Shown piece after piece: positions 25,878 to 36,960 of a stretch of 64,000 nucleotides of DNA (positions are counted from its first letter, which is position 1; each line of letters begins with the position of its first letter). The notes below the pieces were generated by a model that saw only the letters and a list, made by a program, of their open reading frames with translations, was not told the DNA's origin and did not search any database. Source of the DNA: Alloascoidea hylecoeti. Lineage: Eukaryota. Made by a program: the position numbers and the translations under genes. The stretch covers positions 681,727 through 745,726 of the forward strand of contig BCKZ01000005.1 of assembly GCA_001600815.1 (NCBI GenBank). The letters are read 5' to 3'.

Positions 25878-27667
25878 ATGACAGAATCAAGTGTAGAACA
25901 ATTTTATAATATTGTGCAACAAATAAAGGATACAAAAACACCCTGGAAACAAAACTTAGAATCGTATGAATATGTCTGTTTCTTCCTATTAAAGGATCAT
26001 GATAATTAACTCATAAGTTATAGATTTGGTTTAGAAACAGTGAACTTATTTGATATTGAAAATCAAATTGTTGATGATTTGAAAAATGTCTTGAAAGTAT
26101 CATTTGAGGATATTAATTCAAGGGGAAATAGAAACGTGAGTGAAACATTTATAACCTTCATCATGATTATTAATTCTTCATTCATTAACAATATTTAGAC
26201 TGTCCTGTTAAGCGTTGCAATTTTGATTGCTAACGGAAGATTAAATGAACAAATAACTACAATATTAGAAACAACATTAAACTCATTAGATGTATCTGAA
26301 ATAAAATGGACATGGTCAAAGAGTAAGATTATATTTTTTTACTAATGGGAACTCATGTGAAAACTAATTATATGATTTTAGGCATTGATCATGAATCAAC
26401 TAATTATAAAAGTGAAGAAGAGTTTAAAAGATTTAATGAATTCAAATTAAATATATTACATTTAATTGTTGATAATTATTCAAGTTATGATCTAAACATA
26501 GGTTTGTTAAAAAACATTATTATAAAATCATCAATATTTTCAATTTCCACAATACCATGGTCAAATAAATCATGTAAAGAAATAAGTGAAAAAATAATTC
26601 AAAAATGTTTAGATTTAAATTCCAATTTAATAAATGATGATTTTTATATTAATATTTTAAATAATGATTTAAAATCAAAAATCATTAAAATCGGGAAAAG
26701 TTCAAAAATAACATCACAAGGTCGTAAGAAAATTGATAATATATTTAATAATACAAAGTTAGGATATAAAGATGATTCAATATATTCATCAGATTCAAAA
26801 GATTCTTGGAAATTTCAATGTCCTGAAGTATTATCATCATTATACTGGATAATTAATAAATTATCATCAAAGGATATTAATAATAATTGGTTTATACTAA
26901 TACCATCAATTTTAAATATAATTGATGATTATGAATGTATTATAAAAGCATATGGTTGTTTAATTCTAAATCAATTACTTTCTAAAATTGACCCATTATT
27001 TTTAAAAAGAACTGGTTTAGGTCCAATATTTTGGGAAAGTTTAACAAATTGTACAGCATATTTACCAACTTTAACACCAGTTTCTGATTCAATATTTATA
27101 TTAAATAATTCTTTAACTACTTTGAATTCTTTAGTACCAATTTTAGAAACTGATAAATCAAAACAAATGTATTTATACGGTGAAACATTACAAAATTGTA
27201 TATTGCGTGGTATATCTCATTCAGGTGAAAATATAAAAATAATGAAAACATTATTAAATCATGTTCAAATTTCAATTCACAATTTACAAATTTATTCAGT
27301 TAAATATCTTTCACAATTGATTGAAATTTGTCGTTCGATAATAACAGATCCTTATAACATGGTAGATTGTTCATTAACTATACAATCATTAAAATTACTA
27401 AACATAACTATATGTAACTGCTGGCCTAGAATTAAATACTATCAATATGATATAATCTATACTACTGCAACTGCTTGGAAACAATTAGAAAGAGAGAAAA
27501 AATCAAACAATAACAATAATTATCACAAAGATTTAAACATAATTGAGAAAGAAATAAAGAATATTATTAACTTATTAAAAGATTGTTGTGAAAATGAAGA
27601 AGTTGAAGAAACGATAAAAATTGTTAAAGGTAACGATCGATATGAAAACTTCTGTTCAGGATTCTGA
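25878..27667 (+). CDS. TTI2: TTT-complex subunit Tti2. Introns 25964-26023, 26136-26198, 26323-26381.
   Basis: WFILIPSILNIIDDY..KAYGCLIL, LKRTGLG, YLPTLTP and CWPRI motifs. The three GT-AG introns restore a continuous frame from ATG 25878. Confidence 0.85.
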
Positions 27668-27854
27668 TATTCCAATATAATGCTACCTCCTAGAAAAACT
27701 CTAATATTACAACAAAAATATGAAAGGAAAATATTAAATAAATTATTACAATTATGATATATATAGATTTTATAATGTTAAGTTTGTATCACGTGAATCC
27801 ATATTTATATTAATATTTTCTCAACTTTATGATAAATATAGTGTGGTAAATATA

Positions 27855-30410
27855 ATGATAAGACTATTAAAACCTTCAATTAGGCCACTATTAAATAAAT
27901 CAATTCTTTGTAATCAAAGATCAATATCTTCAAATGCCATTTCAATATCTTCTGAAGTTTCTAAAGCATTAAAGAATAAAACTCCAGTTGTATCATTAGA
28001 AAGTACAATTATAACTCATGGTTTACCTTATCCAGAAAATTATGAAATGGCAGTGGAAGTTGAAAATTTAGTTAAATCTTTAGGTGCAATTCCAGCAACT
28101 ACAGCTTTTATAAATGGTATACCAAAAGTTGGTTTAAATGAAGAAGAATTATTAATTCTTTCAAAAGGAGGACAGGACAAAAATATTAAAGTTTCAAGAC
28201 GTGATATTCCATATATTATATCTAAAAAATTAAATGGAGGTACAACAATCGCAGGAACTATGATTTTATCTCATTTGGCAGGAATAAAAGTTTTTGGCAC
28301 TGGCGGTTTAGGTGGTGTTCATCGTGGTGGAGAATTATCATTAGATGTTAGTGCTGATTTAGATGAATTGGGTAGAACTCCTGTTTCTGTTATTTGTGCT
28401 GGTCCAAAAAGTATTTTGGATATTAAAAGAACGATGGAATATTTGGAAACAAAGGGAGTTCATGTTTCAACAATGGGTCCAAAGGGATCAAATATACCTG
28501 GCTTTTATTGTAGAGATTCTGGTGTTTCGGTAAGTTCATAATGATAATGAGATTGTCTTTCTTACTAACTTTTATTTTTTAGTCACCTTATAATTTTGAA
28601 ACTCCTGAAGAAGCTGCAAAAATAATCCGTAAGGCTAAATTCACCTATCATTCTAATTGATGAATATAAATACTAATTATATACTATAGTGGCTGGCAAT
28701 TCTCTCGATTTACAATCAGGTAATCTTTTTTGTATCCCACCTCCAGAATCAATTGCAATGGATTCGGATTTTATAAATAATATTATTGAGAAGGCAATAA
28801 TTGAATGTGAAGCTAAAGGAATTAAAGGAAAATATATTACTCCATTTTTATTGAGTGAAATTAGTGATTTGACTGGTGGTGCAAGTGTTAAAACTAATAT
28901 GGAATTTGTTTTAAATAATGTAACAGTTGCGACAAAAATTGCAATTGAATTAGCAAAATTGGAAGTGAGTAATTATAACTTTGATGAATAGTGATTATAT
29001 ATTATTATCTTCAATTATTAATAGTATAATTTTTATAAATACTGACCATAATTCTTATAGAATAAAGAAAGTCATTTCACAAGTACACTTTTAAAATCAT
29101 ATTCCAACAAAAATGCTGTCATTGATAACCACAATCATAAGGGATTATCTTCCACAAACATCAAACCCATTGATATCGGTAATGATAATGGTAATGATCA
29201 TACAGATTCACTCACAATTGGTTCATTAGCTCTAGACATTACTTGTAAGATTGATAACAAAACTTCAAACTATTTGGAAACATCAAATCCAGGTACAATA
29301 AGTAATAGCATTGGAGGAGTTGGTTATAATGTTTCATTAGCATCATCGTTAGTGGGTAAAAACTTAGACACAAAAAACCGTTTAATATCTGCAGTTGGAA
29401 ATGATATATCGGGACAAGAAATAATAAATGAATTAAAACAACAAAAATTTGATACTTCTGGTTTATTTATATCAGAAAATGAAGAAACTTCAAAATATAT
29501 TTCAATTAATAATAATAATGGTAAACTAATTATTGCATGTTCAAATATGAATATAATTGAAAATTTAAATGAAGAACATATCAAAAATCAAATAAAAAGA
29601 GCATCATCTTCATCATCTTCACCATTAAAATATATTTTATTTGATGGGAATTTAAATACAAATATAATTAATTTGTTAATTAATCTTTCATCTATTAATA
29701 AATTTAAATTAATATTTGAACCAACATCAATTGAAAAATCAAAAAAATTAGGTGATAAATCATTAAAATTAAATGTTTTCCCAAATAATCAAATGGATTT
29801 AATAACACCAAATATTCTTGAATTAAAATCAATTTATGAATCATTTATTGAAAATGAAAAATTTGATCATGAGAAATGGTTTGATATAATTGACTCATTA
29901 CAAATTAATTCAAATTTTATTGATAAGATTGATAGATTAACTAAAAAATTTCCAGATATTAAAAATATTATAAAAGATGGTATTATTCAACAATCTATTA
30001 AATTATTACCTTTCATACCTTGTTTAATTATAACAAATGGCTCTGGTGGTTTAATCATATTACAACTCGTATCAGATATTAATAAAGCAACATCATCATT
30101 ATCTAAGAATAATGATAATACAAAAGTATTTACTGTTTTTAATAAAGGTTCCATTTTATTAGATGATAAAAACTTGGGTGTTATTTTCCAATATTATCCA
30201 GCCGAAAAAGTTTTATCAGATTCAATTGTTAGTGTTAGCGGTGCAGGGGATTCATTATCAGGTGCTTTATTAGCGGAGTTATCAAAAGATGATTTATGGT
30301 TAGATACATGTGGAGAAAAAAGAAATGAAATTATTTCAAAAGCTCAAAAAGCTGCTGTTTTGGCATTAAAATCAAATGAAACTGTTAATTATGAAATTAC
30401 ATATTTGTAA
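27855..30410 (+). CDS. Fused pseudouridine-5'-phosphate glycosidase (PsuG/IndA) and PfkB pseudouridine kinase (PsuK). Introns 28530-28582, 28629-28689, 28965-29060.
   Basis: PsuG motifs VVSLESTIITHGLPYPEN, GTGGLGGVHRG and KYITPFLL. PfkB motifs GGVGYNV, ITPNILEL and VSVSGAGDSLSG. The N-terminus resembles a mitochondrial presequence. Confidence 0.93.
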
Positions 30411-30484
30411 CTAATCTTTACATATAGTTATACAAAAAGCAATACATTAAATTTGAATATGAATTCTATACTAGCATATCCTCT

Positions 30485-33400
30485 TTAGGTATAAACTCTA
30501 AAATTTGAAAAAGATCCTTCTTCTATCGCGTCTTTTAGATCTTCGCTATTATTAACAATCTTATCAGCATTATTACTCGTACTAGCAATATCTTGTATTT
30601 TTAAACCTAAATCAATCAAACCTCCTGTTAATTCATCGTCATTATTATTATAATTCTTCTTTTGCAATTGTTTCTTTAAAACTTCTGTACCTGAATCATT
30701 AACTTTACATAAATAAATATCAAAAGCAATTGATTTCCCACATATCAGATTTTTGATTGGATTAACTAATAAAGATAACTTCAATTCATTACTTTTTGTA
30801 ATTTTTTGATAATTAATTGGTAGTAATATAAAATTATTATGATTTAAATATTTTATTTTAAATTTTAAATCTTCAAATGATTCAAAGTTAGTCATATTAT
30901 TATTAAATAATTGTTCTAAATCATTGATTGTTAAACTTTCAATACAATCTTCCAATAAAATAGAATTATAATAACCAAATAATTCATTATCAGTTGAAAC
31001 AGGTTGTAATTGTGATTGTTCTTGTGGTTGACTATTATTATGAATTGAATTATCTTTTAATAAAGATTTCGTTTTTAAGGCCTCAGATACCGTCATCTCT
31101 GGAACTTTAACCAAAGGACTATAGTAAACTGTAACACTTCTATTTGGTTCCATATCTTCAGAGACTGATTTTAATGAAAATGCTTCCGATAACATATGAA
31201 TGAACGCTCTTTGTTCTCCCTTCATTGGTGGAAATCTTATGACTTGTTTAATACTATTATCATGAGTGATCTCGACAAAAGCTCTTAATTTTGATTCAAT
31301 TCCTAAACTCCATTCTTTATTTCTTATAAAATAGGAAAGTAATTGAAAGCTATATCTATTTGTAATATCAATTGCCGTTGTTGTTATCGCTGCTGAATTT
31401 GCTGATGCTGTTGAGTCAGATGTATTATCACCAATTTGCAATGCATTTAAAAGATTTCTATTCCTTGCAAGTCTTAAACATTCACCATTACATGGTAAAG
31501 TCTTAGTGTTTGTTGATGGTGATGTTGAACTATATCCACACACATAATTTTTAGATATATTCCCGCAATCACATGTAATGGTAACAATTGATTGACATGG
31601 TTTTGATTCATTACATTTAAATGGAGAATGACATAAATTTGAACACGGATGTCCACATTTTTTAATCTTCCCACATTTGAATGGACATTTCTTCAAACAT
31701 TCATTTGGTAAATGACATACTTTATTACAAGTATGTGAACCACAACTTGATAATAATTTCCCACAAATTTGTCCACATGAAACATTTTTCTGTGAACATG
31801 GAGCTTTGAATGTTTTTTTAGAACACATACATTTTTTGGAAACTAAAGTCCCACATGGTGGACATTTCACATCATCAGGATGACATAAATGACTAACTTG
31901 ATTATGACCACAACTTAAAGATCTTGTACATGGGTATTTGCATTGTGGTAAAATTGTACCACATCTAACAGGGGCAGGGACCATTGTTTTACCACACGAA
32001 CATATTAAATCCTCAGAAGATGATATAAGACATGGATTACAAGGACCACTATGACAAGTCATTTCACATCTATGAATACCACATTTTAATAATTTCCCAC
32101 ATGTTTTTGTACAAATATGAACAGCTTCAATTGTCATTTGAAGATCATTATTGTTATTAATAAATGTTTTAGATCTTTGTGCACGTTTCCTAGCTCGTTC
32201 TCGCTCTTTTGAAATAGGTTCAGATTCACAACATATTTTACCACATCTATGTCTTCGACAATTCAATAATGCATCACATTTATGGGTACATTCTGGCGTT
32301 AGGCCATCTTTTATAAATTTGCAAGGGACTAAATACGATGTATTTTGACAAGAACATTTTCTTTTCAAAATTTCATGGCATGGATCACAAGGACCATCAT
32401 GACATTTATGAGGACACTTATGGCCACATGGTAATGGTTTACCACAAACTTCATGACATGTTGGTACTGGCTCTGTACATTTTAATCTTTCTTTCTTTAA
32501 TAATATAGAGATTTTTGTTTTACCACATGGGCAAAATTTAATATTTTTGGGACTTCTTGGACATGAATGGATTGGTAATTTCGATTGATTCTTAGATATA
32601 TAATGACACCTGAGTTGACATTTATGAAGACCACAATCAAATAATTCATTACAAATTTCACCACATGAATAAGATCCTATCCATTCTTTTAAGCCTGTAG
32701 TTGTATTGGGATTTGTTATTAATTTAGGGTTCCTTTCGTAACACGCTATAATCTTTTTGTGTTTCCCACAATAACAAGTTTCTTCAGATTTTTCTAAACA
32801 TTTACCACATAACCCATCATGACATTGTTTACCACATAGATGTTTACCACATGGCATTAATTCATTACATAACTTATCGCATTGCCAACCTTTATATGGT
32901 GTTATTATACATGGCCACTGCTGTTTTGAAGCGCCACATTTACAGCTCAAAACAGGACCTAAAGCAGTACATTGAGCATGAGGACCAGGGTGACATTGTA
33001 ATGAACAACCGTGAACACAATCATCAAGTGGATGGTTGCAAGTTTGCCCACAACTATGTGGTGAAAAAACATTACCTGAAGGGTGTAAAACTTTACCACA
33101 CCAACATCTGTATTGTGAAGGTACCTCAACTGTATCTATATTACAAGAAGGACATCTCCACGAGTCTATGTTTGTATTTTTGTTTGACCCTGTATTTGAT
33201 GACGCTAAACTTTTCAAAGCCCATTGCTTAATACATTTTAAATGATATACTCGATAACATTTTTTACAATTCCAAACATGGGAATCAGAGTCAACTTCAC
33301 TTGTGCAGACCAAACAAGTATAAGTCCCATCGATAATTTCCTTTTTGATACTATCACCAAGAGTATCATAATCAGAAACATCACTATTTGAGTCCGAATC

Positions 33401-33517
33401 ATCATTATCTAAATACTCATCATTATGATTGTGTAAATGGGTTAACTGATCATGAACATTGATATCACTAACCAGATCTGACGTCTCGTGAACTTCACTG
33501 ACAATAAACTCGGGCAT
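30485..33517 (-). CDS. FAP1: NF-X1-type zinc-finger RING/R3H protein
   Basis: RING/PHD (CLVC...HLKCIKQWA...WRCPSC), multiple NF-X1 repeats, and an R3H domain (FPPMKGEQRAFIHMLSE). Confidence 0.93.
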   Translation of the reverse strand: MPEFIVSEVHETSDLVSDINVHDQLTHLHNHNDEYLDNDDSDSNSDVSDYDTLGDSIKKEIIDGTYTCLVCTSEVDSDSHVWNCKKCYRVYHLKCIKQWALKSLASSNTGSNKNTNIDSWRCPSCNIDTVEVPSQYRCWCGKVLHPSGNVFSPHSCGQTCNHPLDDCVHGCSLQCHPGPHAQCTALGPVLSCKCGASKQQWPCIITPYKGWQCDKLCNELMPCGKHLCGKQCHDGLCGKCLEKSEETCYCGKHKKIIACYERNPKLITNPNTTTGLKEWIGSYSCGEICNELFDCGLHKCQLRCHYISKNQSKLPIHSCPRSPKNIKFCPCGKTKISILLKKERLKCTEPVPTCHEVCGKPLPCGHKCPHKCHDGPCDPCHEILKRKCSCQNTSYLVPCKFIKDGLTPECTHKCDALLNCRRHRCGKICCESEPISKERERARKRAQRSKTFINNNNDLQMTIEAVHICTKTCGKLLKCGIHRCEMTCHSGPCNPCLISSSEDLICSCGKTMVPAPVRCGTILPQCKYPCTRSLSCGHNQVSHLCHPDDVKCPPCGTLVSKKCMCSKKTFKAPCSQKNVSCGQICGKLLSSCGSHTCNKVCHLPNECLKKCPFKCGKIKKCGHPCSNLCHSPFKCNESKPCQSIVTITCDCGNISKNYVCGYSSTSPSTNTKTLPCNGECLRLARNRNLLNALQIGDNTSDSTASANSAAITTTAIDITNRYSFQLLSYFIRNKEWSLGIESKLRAFVEITHDNSIKQVIRFPPMKGEQRAFIHMLSEAFSLKSVSEDMEPNRSVTVYYSPLVKVPEMTVSEALKTKSLLKDNSIHNNSQPQEQSQLQPVSTDNELFGYYNSILLEDCIESLTINDLEQLFNNNMTNFESFEDLKFKIKYLNHNNFILLPINYQKITKSNELKLSLLVNPIKNLICGKSIAFDIYLCKVNDSGTEVLKKQLQKKNYNNNDDELTGGLIDLGLKIQDIASTSNNADKIVNNSEDLKDAIEEGSFSNFRVYT

Positions 33518-33924
33518 ATACCGCTTTATTCGCTTATTTTAGTTTAATAGGTTTTAAGATAAAAGAAGGGGTACCTGTGTTTATATATATATTTTTAATA
33601 TTTTTTTTGTTTAAAGATTTGATTATACTTTTTTATTCTTACCAAAAAGAGATATTTGTTTGAGTAATACTCATCACATGACTGAGGCAGAAAAAGAAAC
33701 TGCTTTGGCACAGTACATATATGGTGAAATTGGCATATGAGTAGTAGTGATTTTCTATACTCATAACTATAGCTTATTTTGGTAAAATCAAATTTGAAAT
33801 GAAATCTTATGTTAAACTGTCACCCTAACATAAATTTAACCTTATAACAATACTTAGTAAACATGAGTTCAATTCTGTGCGTAGGACAAATTTATACAGC
33901 CAATAGATATACAAAATAAATGGT

Positions 33925-34633
33925 GATCATGATATTAGTTTCAGTTGAAATTTCTTTATAATTAAGCAACGTTTATTTTCAATTTTCAATAAATTATAAT
34001 GTTTTAACTATTTTTTCCTCAAATCTTTAATATAATCATAAATAATAGGATCAGCATCCCAAGTAAGAGCAGTCATCTTTTTGGAATCAGCATCAATTAT
34101 CCACAACTAATTCCAAATCCAAATAGTACAATCATTATCAACACAAATGATTTTATTATCAACTATAAATAATTCAATTGAATCTCCAAATCCTTCATAA
34201 TCTAGTATAATATTTATTAATTCATTTGACTGTACATCTCAAACTGTTATTTGGTTGTCGTAAATGGTAGCAAATAAGTTTTGATCCTTCACTGTCATGA
34301 CCCCTAGTTGATCATCTGGAAATCCTTGGATCATTTGACTAGTTTCAATATTCCAGGATTTTAATTCACTAAATATTCGACAATTATATATAATATCATT
34401 ATGAATGAAAATATAACACCAAAATCAGTCTCTGAATCATCATTATAGTATTTCCGATATTTTTGACCCTTAAATTTTGATTTCCATATATCATCATATT
34501 CAGCTGTTTGCTTTCATGATTTAGATACTTCTCTACAATCAAGTAAAGATTTTTGTGATAATTGTCTGAAGATTAAATTATTTATTTCATATGGGAAATA
34601 ATCAACAAAATCGATTCTAGTCTCAATATTCAT
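33925..34633 (-). pseudogene. F-box/WD40 pseudogene copy A, internally deleted, with a putative 5'-leader intron at 34657-34722
   Basis: F-box MNIETRIDFVDYFPYEINNLIFRQLSQKSLLDCREVSKS*KQTAEYDDIWKSKF with a TGG>TGA stop. It then jumps to late WD repeats (LKSWNIETSQMIQ). Homologous to copy B, including the 3' flank. Confidence 0.85.
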
Positions 34634-34914
34634 TGTTGATTGGTAAAAGAATTCCGCTTTTAATGTATAATGAGTAGTTAGCTAATCTTTTTACTCGTAG
34701 AAGTTACGTGAAGTGGGCTTACTTCTCTTTTTATAAAAAAAATTCCAGAGTCATCTTAACATCACTCTTTAGTCTTGACTCTTCAGTGTCTCCAAGTTGA
34801 CAACATTTTTGAAACCTTAACGTTAACGTCTTAATCGTAACCTTCCATGCTAGACTGGGATATACTAGTGCTGGCTTCTACGCATGTTCTCAGTTATACG
34901 GGATTTGATGAAGA

Positions 34915-35325
34915 TCTTCAATCACATTTTCAAAATTTAATTGTAATTGATTCTCAATATCACTTTTCTCATCATCTTTATCATCTTAAAGTTCTTCACC
35001 TGCAAAATGACCATAAACACTTAAATTCAACAAAATTTCTTTTTAAAAATAAATTTAAAAAAGGGGTCATAATCATTTTGATTATCTTGATTATTTTTAA
35101 TCGGATTAAAATTTGTTTGTAATGGTAATTGATCATTATTAATTGCTTTTTGTATTAAAAAACTTCTTCTAAAACTACCAGATACACGAATACTTGAAAT
35201 ACTATCTCTTTTAACATAATTTTCTAGATTTGAAAATGAATGAGTTCTTGATCTTTTTTTCTTCTTCTTTTGATTATTATTACTTGAAAATTCATCACTT
35301 CCAATTGTTGAAGAAGAACCATTAA
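34915..35325 (-). pseudogene. Fragment of a vacuolar amino-acid transporter of the AVT3/AVT4 type (cytosolic N-terminal region)
   Basis: RSRTHSFSN..SIRVSGSFRRSFL and NFVEF-SVYGHFAGEEL*DDKDD match the Avt3/4 motifs GGFRR.. and FLSLYGHFAGE. Frameshifted. Confidence 0.75.
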
Positions 35326-35327
35326 TA

Positions 35328-35453
35328 TATGTGTTTTTGCCTCATAATCTTTCAGTTCTGCATCCAATGGTGTTTTAAGTGATGGAATCTTGAATTTTTT
35401 CTTCGAAATACCATTAGATGCAGAACTGAAAGATTATGAAGCAAAAACACATA
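35328..35453. repeat. Inverted repeat with 48-bp arms (35328-35375 and 35406-35453, 45/48 identical) and a 30-bp spacer
   Basis: TATGTGTTTTTGCCTCATAATCTTTCAGTTCTGCATCCAATGGTGTTT matches the reverse complement of AAATACCATTAGATGCAGAACTGAAAGATTATGAAGCAAAAACACATA. Confidence 0.95.
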
Positions 35454-36388
35454 ATAAATGAATTTAAATATAAGGAACTACCAATTAATTATAAAGTTAT
35501 AAGAGATCATAAAAGCGGAGTTTTTTTAATATTCACACTAGAGGAAGAAGTGAAAGAAAAATTACAACATATTGCGAATTGGTTAGAGAAACCGGTCGAA
35601 GAAACCATCATTGCTGAAAATGAATCTCGAGATAAGACGAAAGATTATTATTTTTTATGGTATGAGGAATTTGAAAATGTAGACACCAAACGGGATATGG
35701 ATTTAAGGATAATATTCAGCTCTTTCCAAGAAACAGAACGGATTCAGCTTTCCAAGCTTCCTGAGGAACGTTATCATTCACAGGTACTGCGTTGTTCATC
35801 ATAGCAGTGTTATGAGGCGACTCATAGCAATAGCTTTAACCTTATAAACGGACGTGAATATATTATTAAGTGGATTGACCCGGTCCTTGCTGTTCGTAAC
35901 AACAAAATATTGATTAAGTTGAGTAAATTTTGTTCCTATTATTACAAAGATGAACTGAAAATCTTACTTGGTATTATCAAAAAACAAATTTAGAGAGCAT
36001 AGTGCCTAAGCTTCATGGAATAGGGTTTTGTACCTTAGTTGGTGATAATGATGAAAGCTTTAGTGCAAGATTATTCCTGTTACTAGATCACATTGATGGT
36101 AAGGAACCTGATTTTTCAGATGATAAAATACACGAAAAGGCAGTCAAATTTGAAAAAGTTACACGATGCCGACATAACTCATGGACGTGTACTTTTTTTG
36201 ATTTTGGTTTAAGTAGCACAGCTAAACGGAATAAAACAAGAACTACTGATATCCAAAGGAAAAGGGATGAGGAAAAATTAAACGAACTAAGGGAAAAAGC
36301 ATTATTAAGAACAAAAGAATCAGCAGCAGCAGCAATAACAGAAGAAAGGGAAGAAGCAATGGGAGAGAAAGGAGAAAAAAAAGGTTAA
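35406..36388 (+). pseudogene. Decayed atypical (Bud32/Kdo/RIO-like, fungal) protein-kinase-fold gene
   Basis: Across frameshifts: YIIKWID, YKDELKIL, IVPKLHG, FLLLDHIDG, LKKLHDADITHG-RVL and DFGLS. In-frame stop at 35802; catalytic-loop Asp/Asn missing. Confidence 0.7.
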
Positions 36389-36960
36389 ATCCATTACCAC
36401 AATCTTTTCTTATGGTTTCACTTTATTTTTTATTTTATGAATATTATATTATACCTTATATAAATTATAGGTTATAATCTATAAACTTAATGGCTGGTTT
36501 AATTGCAACTTCAAAAATCATTTTAAAACATAAAAAATATACCAAGTTCAAACTGATAAAAAGAACTTGAAATACCAAAGAAAAACACGAACTATTACTT
36601 TTGATATACCCAATAAACAATGAAAAGAAAATGATGATGAAAAATCAAATTTTAAAATGTAAGACTAAGAAGAAACTATTAGTTGACTAGACTTATTTTA
36701 TTAACTATTACGCCTGCCTTGATTGAGAGAATAACATTGAGTATCTATAGTAAAAGAACTATTGTTTATTCTAGTTTGGGGTTAACGTGTGTTAGTATAA
36801 AAAAGGCATCTACAGTTTCTTTCATTGGTTGAGAAGCGCTATTTCAGCCAGGTTCTTTTCCTTTTTCCTTTCTAATTATATTTACCTGGAGTACCGACAT
36901 AGTGACGACCTCGGAGAGGACCCTTTGGACTTTTTGTTTAAATTCGTGTTACTTGCGATC

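Noticed and set aside
34514..34516. TGA at a conserved Trp position of the F-box, hinting at a variant genetic code
   Set aside because: The same pseudogene uses TGG for Trp and has other stops and deletions, and neighbouring genes end in TGA.
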